A DNA stretch of 64,000 nt from an uncultured Verrucomicrobiota bacterium (GCA_964611575.1 CAZTAJ010000003.1:15360-79359); one strand, 5' to 3'; counted from the first letter of the stretch, positions 51,337-61,350 are shown. The notes: generated from the sequence alone by a model not told the origin. Numbers and translations: made by a program.

Positions 51337-51386
51337 GGGAGGGCGCGCATGTTGCGCGCCGCGGACGGCGACACGCCGTCCCTCCC
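51337..51386. repeat. 50-bp REP/MITE-like palindromic element, copy 2
   Basis: GGGAGGGCGCGCATGTTGCGCGCCGCGGACGGCGACACGCCGTCCCTCCC, inverted copy of 28264-28313. Confidence 0.85.
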
Positions 51387-51393
51387 CCGCCCC

Positions 51394-51945
51394 TCAGTCG
51401 TACTTGACGAGTTCGTACGGCAGCTCAAGCGGCTTGTTGGTCAACAGCGCCACCAGGGCCTGCCAGATCAGATCGGCCGACGGCGGACAGCCTGGCAGGT
51501 AGTAATCGACCTTCACCACGCTCTGGATCGGGTAGACCTTGTCCAGGATCAGGGGCAGTTCCTTATCGTTCGGCAGCACCCGCTTGGGGTTGTAGACGGT
51601 CGGCCCGTTCAGGTAGGCCTCATCGAGGCATTCCTTGAGCGGGATCGTGTTGCGCAGGGCGGGCAGGCCGCCCATCATGGCGCATTCGCCCAGCGCGATG
51701 AGGATGTCGCAATGCTTGCGGAAATCGCGCAGCACGCGCACGTTCTCCTCGTTGCAGCAGCCGCCCTCGATCAGGCCGACCGCGCAGCGCCCGGTGAACT
51801 CCTTGATGTCGTCGATCGGCGATTTGTCGAAGTCGACCAGGTCGATCAGTTGCAGGATGCGGTCGTCGATATCAAGCACCGACATATGACATCCGAAGCA
51901 TCCTGCCAGCGATGCGGTCGCTACTTTCGGTTTGGTCTTGGCCAT
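51394..51945 (-). CDS. hoxY: NAD-reducing hydrogenase small subunit
   Basis: GCFGC, EGGC, GECA, PGCPP (single proximal cluster). Confidence 0.93.
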   Translation of the reverse strand: MAKTKPKVATASLAGCFGCHMSVLDIDDRILQLIDLVDFDKSPIDDIKEFTGRCAVGLIEGGCCNEENVRVLRDFRKHCDILIALGECAMMGGLPALRNTIPLKECLDEAYLNGPTVYNPKRVLPNDKELPLILDKVYPIQSVVKVDYYLPGCPPSADLIWQALVALLTNKPLELPYELVKYD

Positions 51946-52002
51946 CGTTCGTTCTCCTGACTGATTCTGTTCCCGGCGCCCGCGCGCCGCCTCTCCGAAG
52001 CC

Positions 52003-52058
52003 CTGTAGCCGCGGCGCTGTGCGCCGTGTCTTCGCGTCGCGCAGCGACGCGGCTACAG
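52003..52058. repeat. GTAG-type REP doublet hairpin
   Basis: CTGTAGCCGCGGCGCTG...CAGCGACGCGGCTACAG between hoxU and hoxY. Confidence 0.7.
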
Positions 52059-52086
52059 CGGCCGCAGAAATCGCCGATGCGCCCCT

Positions 52087-52794
52087 TCAGCCCTTGCGCG
52101 CCTCGATCTCCGACCCGATGGGCGCCTTGTCGTACAGCCGTTTGCCGATCGGCACGGCATAGCCCACCCGTTTCTTGATGATCGAGCCCACGGGGCACAC
52201 CTCGGCCGCGCGATCCTTGAGACTGGCCTTGGTTCCGCTCAATCCCGCCGCGGCATCGACCGCAATATGCTTATGGGCGCCGCGGCCCACGAACTCGAAG
52301 ACGGTCTTGCCGTCGACATCGCGGGAGGCGTTCACGCAACGCCCGCACAGCACGCAGCGGTTGCGGTCAATCAGAAGGTCGGGATGCGAGGCGTCGACCT
52401 CGCGTTTCGGGAAGGTGTAGGGATAGCGCGGCGCCAGGATGCCGAGCCGGTAGGCCAGCGCCTGCAGCTCGCAATTGCCGCTCTTCTCGCAGAAGGGACA
52501 GAAGTGGTTGCCTTCCACGAACAGCATCTCGACGATCTGGCGCCGGTGTTCCTTGACCGCCTCGGTATCGTTCTCCACGATGATGCCCTCGGCGATCGGC
52601 TGGGTGCAGGCCGCCTGCGGCCGGCCGTTGACCATCACCGTGCAAACGCGGCAACTCCCGCGTGGCTTGAGCCCCTCGGCCTTGCACAGTCGCGGGATAT
52701 AGACCCCACAGTGGTCGGCCGCCTCCAGGATCGTCATTCCCGGCTTGCCCTTGATTTCCGTCCCGTCAATCGTGAAGGTTACTGTGTCGCTCAT
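52087..52794 (-). CDS. hoxU: NAD-reducing hydrogenase diaphorase subunit (NuoG-like N-terminus)
   Basis: IPRLC, GSCRVC, HFCPFCEKSGNCELQ, CVLCGRC, CPVG. Confidence 0.93.
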   Translation of the reverse strand: MSDTVTFTIDGTEIKGKPGMTILEAADHCGVYIPRLCKAEGLKPRGSCRVCTVMVNGRPQAACTQPIAEGIIVENDTEAVKEHRRQIVEMLFVEGNHFCPFCEKSGNCELQALAYRLGILAPRYPYTFPKREVDASHPDLLIDRNRCVLCGRCVNASRDVDGKTVFEFVGRGAHKHIAVDAAAGLSGTKASLKDRAAEVCPVGSIIKKRVGYAVPIGKRLYDKAPIGSEIEARKG

Positions 52795-52849
52795 GATGCA
52801 TCCCTCTTTCCGCCCGCGTCCGCCACCCCCGCCCCTCGTCTCTCGACCC

Positions 52850-54661
52850 TCAGTATATCTCCGACGGCCGGCCCTGGGCCTGTTCCGCATCGGCCAGTGC
52901 CGCCCGGATATCGAACGCCGGCTGGAAACGCTGCGGGTCGGTCTTGACCAGGGCATCGTACATCGGCCTGAAATTCTTGAGCGTGCTGAGCACCGGGTTG
53001 CACGCCGTCTGGCCGAGTCCGCACCGGCTGGCCGTCTTCATGGTCATGCCCAGCGTCTGCAGGTACTCCAGATCCGACGGCTCGCCCTTGCCCGCCGCGA
53101 TGCGCGCGAGGCACTCCTTCAGCAACGGATTGCCCACCCGGCAGGGCGTGCAGTAGCCGCAGCTCTCCTCCTCGAAGAAGGCGTTGAAGGCGCGCACGAC
53201 CTCGAGCAGGTTGCGGCCTTCGCGAAAGATCATGAACGAACCGCCTGTGGCCAGGTCGTCGTAGCAGATCGTGCGGTCGAAATCCGCGGGGCTGATCATC
53301 TGGCCGGATGGCCCACCCACCTGGATGGCGGCCGTATTCTCGGCGCCGACCAGTTTCAACAGGTCGCGCACCTTGATGCCGAATGGCACCTCGTACACGC
53401 CCGGACGCTGGCAATCGCCCGACACGCTGAGCAGTTTGGTGCCGGGGCTGCCTTTCGAGCCCATCTGGGCGAACCAGCCGGGACCCTTGTCGAGAATGCG
53501 CGCCACGCAGCAGAACGTCTCGACGTTGTTGACCGAGGTCGGGCACCCCAGGTAGCCCTTCTGCGCCGGGAATGGCGGCCGGTTCTTGGGATCGCCGCGC
53601 AGCCCCTCGCATGAACTGAGCATCGACGTTTCCTCGCCGCACACGTAGGCGCCCGCGCCAACCTGGATGCGAACGTCGAAGTTGAACCCGGCCTTGCCGC
53701 ACACGTTCTTCCCCAGCAGGTTCTTGCGGCGCCGTTCCTTGAGCACGTGTTCCAGGTACGCCAGCAGGTAGACATATTCGCCGCGCAGGTAGAGGATGCC
53801 CTGCGCCGCCCCCACCGCGTACCCGCCGATGGTCATGCCCTCGATGATCAGGTCGGCGCACTCGGTCAGCACCACGCGATCCTTGAACGTGCCCGGTTCG
53901 CCTTCGTCGGCATTGCAGACCACGTAGCGCGTCGTCCCTGTCGCCTGGCGGGTGAAATCCCACTTCATCCCGGTCGGGAACCCGGCCCCGCCGCGCCCGC
54001 GCAGGCGCGAGGTCTTCACATCGCGGATCACTTCCTGGGGCGTCATCGCCAGTGCCTTCCGGAGCGCAATCCCCGACTCAAAGGCGTCGAAGATCACCGG
54101 CCCGCGCTGGCGGATGTTGTTCATCACCATGGACCGGACCAGGTCGTGCGCGTTATTGCCGTCCCCGAGCGTCTTGACGAGTTCCGGAGAGGCGCCCTTC
54201 TGCCGCACCAGCCGGGCGATCGTGCGTGCCCGGTCGGTGTCGAGGTTGGTGACCACGATCTCATTGATCAGAGCGGCGGGCGCCTGGTCGGACATGCCGA
54301 TGCAGGGCGCATATTCGAGCGTCACCTTCCCATCCGCCGTCGTTTCGCCGACCTTGATGCCGAGCTCCTGTTCGAATGCCGCCACCACGCGGTCCAAGCC
54401 GTTCAACTCGTCGATGATGTCGTTGCACAGCCGGATGACTGTCTTGCCCTTGGTTGTGTCGGAGAGGAAGGCATAGAATGACACGAGGCTCTCCACCTCC
54501 ACGCGGTGCAGGCCCAGTTCGCGGGCGACCGTGTCCAGGGCCTCGCCGCAGACGCAGCCGCATTCCGCCTGCACGGCGCGCGCCACATCCATGAGCCGGG
54601 TGCGATCGTTGCCAACCGCCTTGCAGGTTTCCTTGATAAAACGTTCGAGCGTCTTGTCCAT
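52850..54661 (-). CDS. hoxF: NAD-reducing hydrogenase flavoprotein subunit with fused NuoE-like domain, 603 aa
   Basis: RGRGGAGFPTG, NADEGEPGTFKD, GAGAYVCGEET, ESCGYCTPCRVG...CGLG. Confidence 0.93.
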   Translation of the reverse strand: MDKTLERFIKETCKAVGNDRTRLMDVARAVQAECGCVCGEALDTVARELGLHRVEVESLVSFYAFLSDTTKGKTVIRLCNDIIDELNGLDRVVAAFEQELGIKVGETTADGKVTLEYAPCIGMSDQAPAALINEIVVTNLDTDRARTIARLVRQKGASPELVKTLGDGNNAHDLVRSMVMNNIRQRGPVIFDAFESGIALRKALAMTPQEVIRDVKTSRLRGRGGAGFPTGMKWDFTRQATGTTRYVVCNADEGEPGTFKDRVVLTECADLIIEGMTIGGYAVGAAQGILYLRGEYVYLLAYLEHVLKERRRKNLLGKNVCGKAGFNFDVRIQVGAGAYVCGEETSMLSSCEGLRGDPKNRPPFPAQKGYLGCPTSVNNVETFCCVARILDKGPGWFAQMGSKGSPGTKLLSVSGDCQRPGVYEVPFGIKVRDLLKLVGAENTAAIQVGGPSGQMISPADFDRTICYDDLATGGSFMIFREGRNLLEVVRAFNAFFEEESCGYCTPCRVGNPLLKECLARIAAGKGEPSDLEYLQTLGMTMKTASRCGLGQTACNPVLSTLKNFRPMYDALVKTDPQRFQPAFDIRAALADAEQAQGRPSEIY

Positions 54662-54790
54662 GGCCTCTCCTCCGTGCGGCTCGCCAGGCGGGTTCAAACG
54701 GCACCACAACCCGCCCGAAATGATGTTATTAAGTAGACAAGCAAGGCCCGACTCCGTCAAGGGACTTCAGTCCTTCCATCCGTTAATCCG

Positions 54791-55300
54791 TTAAGCCGGT
54801 GATGAGAGTGGACCGAGGAAAGGCAAATGCAGCGCGTCGGGGTGCTTCACAAAGTCGTCCGCGCACAGGGGCAGGTCGCTGGCCGCCATGGGAACATACT
54901 TGGCCGCCCCGGTCGCCAGCACCACGCCGGCCTCATCGACGATCCGACCCTCGGTCACGGCCAGCCGTGACTTGCGCTCCACCGTCCACCCCTCGACCTG
55001 AATCGCCCGGCCGGTCTGGACCGGTTGCTTGAGGCGCACGGTGATTTCCGCCGCAACGCAGGCGCGCTGCAACGCCAGGATCGCCGCCCACGTCATCACC
55101 TCGTCCATCAACGTCATGGATAGACCGCCATGGACGATGTGGCGCCAGCCGAGATCGGCCTCGCGGGGCGTGTAGCGAATCACCACCCGGTCGCCTTCGA
55201 TGCGCGAACGCAGATGCAACCCGTGCGGGTTCGCCTCGCCGCAGACGAAGCAGCCCTTGGTCCACGGCAGCCAGCCTTCGGGAGTCATTGCTTTACTCAT
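54791..55300 (-). CDS. PaaI-family (hotdog) thioesterase
   Basis: CFVCG..NP.GL, HGG...LMDE. Confidence 0.88.
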   Translation of the reverse strand: MSKAMTPEGWLPWTKGCFVCGEANPHGLHLRSRIEGDRVVIRYTPREADLGWRHIVHGGLSMTLMDEVMTWAAILALQRACVAAEITVRLKQPVQTGRAIQVEGWTVERKSRLAVTEGRIVDEAGVVLATGAAKYVPMAASDLPLCADDFVKHPDALHLPFLGPLSSPA

Positions 55301-55309
55301 GCCATCTTC

Positions 55310-55816
55310 TCAGAACCGGTCGATGCGCCGGAACAGTTGGACGGAAGCCATCAACCGGCCGGCGGGCCGATCCAGCAGGGCGTTGAAGGTATCCGCCTGC
55401 CGGTTATACGCCTCATGCAGCAGGTCGATCCGGGCATTCAACTCACCCAGCCGCGCGCGCAACGGCTTTAGCGTGGCATTGGCGGCGACGGTCTGATCCT
55501 GATTGAGCTGGCCCGACAACCGGCTCAGCGCGGCGCCCAGGCGCGCCTCGGCCTGCGAACTCTCGCGCACCCCCTCCACGTTGGCAGCCAGGTCGCAGGC
55601 ATTACCGATCACATCGACCAGCGCGCCTTTGCCCGGGTTGGCCGTCGTGACCAGATAGGGGATCATCTCACGCCGCCCGGCCAGTTCGGCCCGCAGTTGC
55701 CCCCAGGAATCCATGCACTGCGCGCGACAGAACGTCAGGGCGCGCCACGCCTGGATCAGCCACAGGGCGAACCCCAGACCCGCCACGACGCCCAGGATGA
55801 TCAGGATGGATTGCAT
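55310..55816 (-). CDS. lemA: LemA family protein
   Basis: N-terminal TM helix, W.Q...EL..R...IP.L, YN.....FN. Confidence 0.7.
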   Translation of the reverse strand: MQSILIILGVVAGLGFALWLIQAWRALTFCRAQCMDSWGQLRAELAGRREMIPYLVTTANPGKGALVDVIGNACDLAANVEGVRESSQAEARLGAALSRLSGQLNQDQTVAANATLKPLRARLGELNARIDLLHEAYNRQADTFNALLDRPAGRLMASVQLFRRIDRF

Positions 55817-55820
55817 GGAC

Positions 55821-57206
55821 TCACTTCAACCAAACGTCGCCCGAAACGGCATACCCGGTCGGCAGCCGCGCTTTCAACTCGTCCGCGCCATTGGCATACA
55901 CCGGGTCGATTTCGAGTTTCACCGTCAGTTGGCCCGCCGCATCGCGCGGCACCGTCACGCCGCAAGCGTCCAGCCAGCGGGCGGCCTTCTCCATCATGGC
56001 CGCGCGTGCCGTCGCGGGAGAATCGCTGCCCTCGGCGTTCTTGACGGGCGCGAACTCATCCACCCGCGCGAAGGCCAGCACGAGCGGTTGGGCCGCGTCC
56101 GGCAGCGCGTCGAAGATGAATTTTTCGAACTTGTACGCGTTCGCCGCCGCGGGTTTCACCGTCACGCCGTCATCGCCGCAGGTCGGCACCTTCTTGTGGG
56201 CCTGATGAAGCGGCAGGCCGGCCGCCGTCTCCCGTTCGAGGAAGGCCAGGGAAAACACGTGGATGGCGACGCTGCCGTACTTGAACAGCAACTCCCCGTC
56301 CGGCCGGCGCGCGTTCTTCTGCGCCTCGGTCAGTTCGGTGTACTCCACCACGGCGTGACGCCCCCCGCGCTCGACAACCACGCCGAGTCCCTCGGACGGA
56401 TCGCGCTTGGCGCACACCTTGATCGACATTTCCGATCCGCGGCGCAGGTGCAACCCGATGAACGCGGGGGCCGCGATGTCGACCATGGGATTGTCGACCT
56501 GGAAATAGAAGAGCGTGGTCAGCCCGCGCCGGCGCATATCGGCCAGCATGCCCGTGCGGGCCAGCGCCGCCAGCACGCCGCCATGCCCGTCCGGCGCCGT
56601 GAACAGGCGGTCCGGCGCCTCAAGCACCATGCGTCCGTCCGGATGAAACGCGGGCAGCATGCCCTGCGGAAAACACTGCACGTGCTCAGGGTTGAGCCCG
56701 AAATGGCCGTGTTGCGCGAAGAACCGCCGCGTATCGGCGTCGTTGGCCCGGCTCGTCATGATGTAAAAGGGAACGGCCGCCCCGTACCGGCGTTCGAGCG
56801 CCAGGATCTTGCGCGCGTGGATCTCGAACAGCGAGGCGCCGCTGACCGGCGCCAGGCCGTAGGTGCCCTTGGGCCCGTCATACCCGAGTCGCGTGCCCTG
56901 GCCGCCGGCGACGAGGATCACCCCCACCTGGCCGCGGCGCAAGGCCTCCACGCCCGTCGCGTGCGCGGCCGCCTCGTCGGCGCCCGTCAGTTCGACCACG
57001 GGCGCCGGGACGATGCCGCCCGCCGCCTGGGCCGCCGCCGCGGGATTCGCCAGCAGGGCCCGAATGCGCCCGATGGCGTCAACATCCAGTTCCTCGATCT
57101 GCCGCAGCAGCGCGTCCCGTTGCGCCGCCTTCAAGCGCGGCCAGAAGCCAAGCACGTGCTCCTGCCCGTGCGTTTCGAGGCGTCGTTTCGCCGTATCGTA
57201 GTCCAT
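55821..57206 (-). CDS. UDP-N-acetylglucosamine/UDP-glucose pyrophosphorylase (UDPGP, eukaryote-like family)
   Basis: LVAGGQGTRLG..PKG, PDGHGG, QVDNP, VVEYTE, KFEKFIFD, EFAPVKN. Confidence 0.9.
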   Translation of the reverse strand: MDYDTAKRRLETHGQEHVLGFWPRLKAAQRDALLRQIEELDVDAIGRIRALLANPAAAAQAAGGIVPAPVVELTGADEAAAHATGVEALRRGQVGVILVAGGQGTRLGYDGPKGTYGLAPVSGASLFEIHARKILALERRYGAAVPFYIMTSRANDADTRRFFAQHGHFGLNPEHVQCFPQGMLPAFHPDGRMVLEAPDRLFTAPDGHGGVLAALARTGMLADMRRRGLTTLFYFQVDNPMVDIAAPAFIGLHLRRGSEMSIKVCAKRDPSEGLGVVVERGGRHAVVEYTELTEAQKNARRPDGELLFKYGSVAIHVFSLAFLERETAAGLPLHQAHKKVPTCGDDGVTVKPAAANAYKFEKFIFDALPDAAQPLVLAFARVDEFAPVKNAEGSDSPATARAAMMEKAARWLDACGVTVPRDAAGQLTVKLEIDPVYANGADELKARLPTGYAVSGDVWLK

Positions 57207-57233
57207 GAGGATGCTCCTCTTCGACGGCCCGGC

Positions 57234-60200
57234 CTACGGGCGACGAATCAGTTTGCGCAGTTCTTCGCGATCCGGCAGCGACAATTCACTGCCGCGCGCC
57301 AGCAGGGCTTCGGCCAGGTCAGCCGCCTGTTTCGCCTCCCCCTTCTTCGCGTATAATTGCACCAGGTGCACCTGCACGCCCAGGTCGTCCGCGTACAACG
57401 ACACCGACTTCTTCAGCGCCGTCTCGGCCTCGCCGAAGACGCCGCGCTTCATGAGGATCACGCCCAGCGTGTCCCACATCGAGTGCGACATGTCGTTGGC
57501 CTTGATGGCCTCGCGGGAGAGCGACTCGGCCTCCTCCAGCGACCCGCGTTCCTGCAACACCCAGGCCAGGTCGTTCAGCGCCTCCGGCGTGCGCCGGTGT
57601 TCCACGCTCTTGCGCAGGGAGCTCTCCGCCAGGATGAATTCCTGTCGCTTCAACTGCAGCGACCCCAGAACCTGGTTCGCGAAGGGGTGATTGGGGTCAA
57701 TCAACAGGAGGCTGCGCACGTGCATCCCCGCCAGATCCTCGCGGCCTTCCAGGATATCGAGCCCCAGGAGCTGTTCGAGGACGAGCGGATTCGAGGGGCG
57801 CAGCGCCTGGGTCTTGTCGAACAGCACGCGGGCATTGACGTAATCCGCCTTCCGGACCGCGATCTGCCCCAGGACGAACAGCACGATGAAATCCTTGTCC
57901 TTGATCCGGTCCAGCTTGCGTTCGCATTCCTCAAGCGCCTTGGTGTCCTTCTGCTGTATCAGCACGGCGGCCAGCATGGCCCACGCCGTGGAGTGTTCGG
58001 GTTTGAGTTCGGTGATTTCCTGCAGCACGATCCGCGCCCGCGGCAGGTCGCCGGCCGCCAGGTGCAGGGTCGCATACTCCATGGCGATGCGGTCCTTGGA
58101 CACGCCGGCTTTGCCCGCGCGGTCCAGCAGGACGCCGGCTTCCTCGTATTTCCCGCCCAGCGCCAGCAGGCGGGCCAGGCCCAGCAAGGCGCGGGTGTCG
58201 GCGGGATTCTTCTCCAGCAGGCGCCGGTAGAGCGTCTCTCCTTCCTGGGCCTGATCCTGCGCCAGGTAGGCCGCCGCCAGGCCATAGGTCAACTGGTCCC
58301 GCGCGCCGGGTTCCAGTTCGATGGCCTTCTTAAAACCCGCCACGGCCATGCCGGGCTCACCCGAGAGCGCCCAGACCATCCCCATGTCCGCATACGCCTG
58401 GGGCATGCGCACGTAGCCATAGGTGCGGGCCAGGGCCCAGACCTGGATCTTGGACTTGAGGCCCTCGATCATCGTCTTCAATTCCGCACGGATCCGGTCG
58501 GCGTCCGGCGTGCTGTAGCCGCGGTCGATCAGGGTCGCCTCGTTGAGCATGGCGCTGATGTTGTCGCCGTCCAACCGGCGCGCCTGCCCGTAGGCCTCAT
58601 ACGCCTGCTTCTGCCACCCCAGATCCTCCAGCACGACGCCCGCATTGTTCGCGACCATGCTGAGCTGCCGTAACGCGTGGCCGGCCAGCGGGCCGACCGT
58701 CGGATCCTGGCGGGCCGCACGGAGATCGGCGATGAAGGGCCGGGCCCAGAAGGCCTGGTGTGTGTCCCAGAAGGACTGCGGATCAACGTCAGACCCCTGT
58801 CGCACCCCCCTGAATAGCGCGCCATTGGGGATCGGCTGGTACCCGGCCGACAACCACAGGTCCGGCAGGACCATGAACGCCACCTGCTCAGCGAAACGGG
58901 CGTCGGTGGTCATCCACTCGCGCAGGAAGGCAAACAGGTCGACCGAGGCAAGGCTGCGCAAGCGGGGATCGTTGAACTGCCGACCGATAAGGCCCAGGTA
59001 GGGCCCATGGTTGGTATACCGAAGGTTGATGGTATGCAGCGGTTGGCCGGCTTCACGCGCCGCCACCAGGAAGTTATCGTCGAACACCCCGTCCGTCAGC
59101 AGCCAGGTCCGCTTGCCGACACTCTCGACCACGGCGCGCGCATACCCGTTCACCGCGCCGGCCGCCCGCGCGTCGGCCGACTTGAAATTCAACACCCCGG
59201 CCGCCGCCACGGCCGCCAGAAGGAGCACGGCGGGAATCCAGCCGATCCGTTCCCGCCAGCGGATATGCAAGGGATCGTCGTCGTCCTCCATGTACATGCG
59301 GGGCAGCAGGAACCAGTAGGCCGTCAGGTAGCCGAACACGAGCGCCAGCAGCAGGTAGGGGGTCACGATCAGCCGCCACTGCCCCATGAGCGACCAGGGG
59401 GCGAAAGGCGCGTTGAACAGCACAGACAGCGTGACGGCCGTCAGCATGAGATGCAGGATGTACAGCCCCCAGTCCTTCTCGGCGTTGAGCCCCCGTCGCC
59501 CGACCATCAGCATCGCCAGCCATGGCACGATGCCGACGATGATGACGAGCAGCCACCCGAGCTGCGGCAGGCTCCGCGCCACAAGCCCGTAGTGCATCCT
59601 CAGCACCATGTACAGGGCGCGTCCGTAGCCGGAATCCACAAACGTCATCGCGAAGACATCCGACTGCTGGAATCGCCAGGCCGTCACCCCATAGGCCAAA
59701 AGGCCCACCAGCAACCCGCCGGCGATCGGCAACACCCGGCCCCAGCGCCATTCGCCGTGCGCCCACAGCGTGAGGAGAATGCCGATGAGCGCCACCGGCC
59801 CGAAAACGACCAGGGAGGGAAATTCCACGGCGCCCAGGCCGTAGGCCAGTCCCAGCGCAAGGCCTTTCCAGCGGGACGGGGCCTGCATGAAACCGAGCAC
59901 CAGATGCGCCAGCCCAAGCAGCAGAACCAGATCGAAAGCCGCCACATGAAACCGGTTGGCCGCATACCAGAAGGGCATGCTGATGGCGAGAAACAGGCCT
60001 GACGCCAGACCGCCCAGCCGCGCCGCCCAAGCCGCCGCCCGGCGATTCCGGTCGTCGATCTCGATCGTGATGAAGATCGCCGTCGCCGCCAGCCGGACCA
60101 GCAGCCAGAGGGCGCCGGCCGCGCAAATCGCGCTGGCCACATTCAGCCGCATCGCGACGGAACCCAGCGGCACCCTCACGACCGCCCGGCACACCCAATC

Positions 60201-60371
60201 CCACAGCAGATGCAGATTGAAGGCCAGCGGACTGACACCCAACTGGCTGGCCATGAGTTGGGCGGACTCGCCGGGATAGGGTCCCTGGCTCAGGGTCAGA
60301 AGGTAGAGGGTCAGTCCGCCCAGGGCTACCAGCGGAGCGATCCATGCGGCGTATCGTGGTGAAGCAGTCAT
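57234..60371 (-). CDS. Multi-pass membrane protein (DUF2723/GT-C-like N-terminus) with C-terminal TPR repeats
   Basis: YLLTL...YPGES motif, about 10 TM helices, multiple TPRs (EALNDLAW, DTLGVIL). Confidence 0.7.
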   Translation of the reverse strand: MTASPRYAAWIAPLVALGGLTLYLLTLSQGPYPGESAQLMASQLGVSPLAFNLHLLWDWVCRAVVRVPLGSVAMRLNVASAICAAGALWLLVRLAATAIFITIEIDDRNRRAAAWAARLGGLASGLFLAISMPFWYAANRFHVAAFDLVLLLGLAHLVLGFMQAPSRWKGLALGLAYGLGAVEFPSLVVFGPVALIGILLTLWAHGEWRWGRVLPIAGGLLVGLLAYGVTAWRFQQSDVFAMTFVDSGYGRALYMVLRMHYGLVARSLPQLGWLLVIIVGIVPWLAMLMVGRRGLNAEKDWGLYILHLMLTAVTLSVLFNAPFAPWSLMGQWRLIVTPYLLLALVFGYLTAYWFLLPRMYMEDDDDPLHIRWRERIGWIPAVLLLAAVAAAGVLNFKSADARAAGAVNGYARAVVESVGKRTWLLTDGVFDDNFLVAAREAGQPLHTINLRYTNHGPYLGLIGRQFNDPRLRSLASVDLFAFLREWMTTDARFAEQVAFMVLPDLWLSAGYQPIPNGALFRGVRQGSDVDPQSFWDTHQAFWARPFIADLRAARQDPTVGPLAGHALRQLSMVANNAGVVLEDLGWQKQAYEAYGQARRLDGDNISAMLNEATLIDRGYSTPDADRIRAELKTMIEGLKSKIQVWALARTYGYVRMPQAYADMGMVWALSGEPGMAVAGFKKAIELEPGARDQLTYGLAAAYLAQDQAQEGETLYRRLLEKNPADTRALLGLARLLALGGKYEEAGVLLDRAGKAGVSKDRIAMEYATLHLAAGDLPRARIVLQEITELKPEHSTAWAMLAAVLIQQKDTKALEECERKLDRIKDKDFIVLFVLGQIAVRKADYVNARVLFDKTQALRPSNPLVLEQLLGLDILEGREDLAGMHVRSLLLIDPNHPFANQVLGSLQLKRQEFILAESSLRKSVEHRRTPEALNDLAWVLQERGSLEEAESLSREAIKANDMSHSMWDTLGVILMKRGVFGEAETALKKSVSLYADDLGVQVHLVQLYAKKGEAKQAADLAEALLARGSELSLPDREELRKLIRRP

Positions 60372-60427
60372 GGCCTATACATTGTCGGTTTTCGAGGGCG
60401 GGTGCAAAGGGAAAAGTGCGCCCCTCC

Positions 60428-61309
60428 CTACGGCGGCGGGAGGTAGCCTTCCTCCACCAACTGGGCGTCGGTTTCGGGCGTCAAGGGAATGGCGAGCGGC
60501 GTTTTGCCGCTTCGAATCAGGCTCTTCTGGTATTCCTGCAGGAGCTGGGCGATTTCCGCCGGCGTCAGTTCCTCCTGATTGGACAGCGACTGCGTGATCC
60601 GTGCGACCTCCACGTCGTCGCCTGCGGGTGCCCGGGAGCCGGTCCCCGCCTGCCCAGGGCGCATCACGCCCGGCACGGCGTTGGTGCCGCGCCCCTCGAC
60701 CGGGCCGCCTTCCGGCGCCGGTTCCTCCGCCCGGCGCCGGGCCGCCTCGCGCTGGAGCCGGCGCAACGCGTAGGAAAGCTTCTGATCGCGTTCCCCTTTG
60801 CGCGCGGATCGCGGCGAGCCCAGGGAGAGGGCGGGAGCAGGCAACGCGGAGGCGGCGCCCGAATTCGTCTCCGGCCCCGCCCCCCGCGTCTCGCCCGCCG
60901 ATTCCCTCGTCACCGCCTCGAACCGGTTCGACCCCCCGAACATCGACACCCAGTAATCCTCGGGGCCGCGCCGCAATCGGGCGCGCTCGAGTTCGTAGTC
61001 CGCCGCGACCACTTCCATGTCGCCCAGCGACTCGCCGATCCCCAACAGGTAATTCCGTTTCTCCTTGAGGTCGACAAGGCCCACGCGCAAGACGCCGGCC
61101 TCGTCGCGGACCACGGCCGTCATCTTGACCTTGTTGACCATCGACTCGCCCGGCGGAATCACCGGAGCCGGCGGCAGCGCCACCACTTCCTGACCAAAAG
61201 GCTTACGGTCGAGAATGACTTCATACCGGGAAAAAAGGTCGGCCGCCGTCGCACATCCCGCCGCCAGGCAGGCCAGAATCAGGGTTCTGAAGCGGAGAGT
61301 CATGTCCAT
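60428..61309 (-). CDS. Exported hypothetical protein, possibly GspC/PilP-like
   Basis: Signal or lipobox-like LAAGC, YEVILDRKPFG, MTAVV...YLLGIGESL...V. Confidence 0.45.
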   Translation of the reverse strand: MDMTLRFRTLILACLAAGCATAADLFSRYEVILDRKPFGQEVVALPPAPVIPPGESMVNKVKMTAVVRDEAGVLRVGLVDLKEKRNYLLGIGESLGDMEVVAADYELERARLRRGPEDYWVSMFGGSNRFEAVTRESAGETRGAGPETNSGAASALPAPALSLGSPRSARKGERDQKLSYALRRLQREAARRRAEEPAPEGGPVEGRGTNAVPGVMRPGQAGTGSRAPAGDDVEVARITQSLSNQEELTPAEIAQLLQEYQKSLIRSGKTPLAIPLTPETDAQLVEEGYLPPP

Positions 61310-61350
61310 CCCATAGCATAAAGAGGCGCCCGGTCAGAAGATAGAACTTA

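Noticed and set aside
54662-54790. Rex or sigma54 site upstream of hoxF
   Set aside because: No convincing match to TTGTGAA-N4-TTCACAA or TGGCAC-N5-TTGC.
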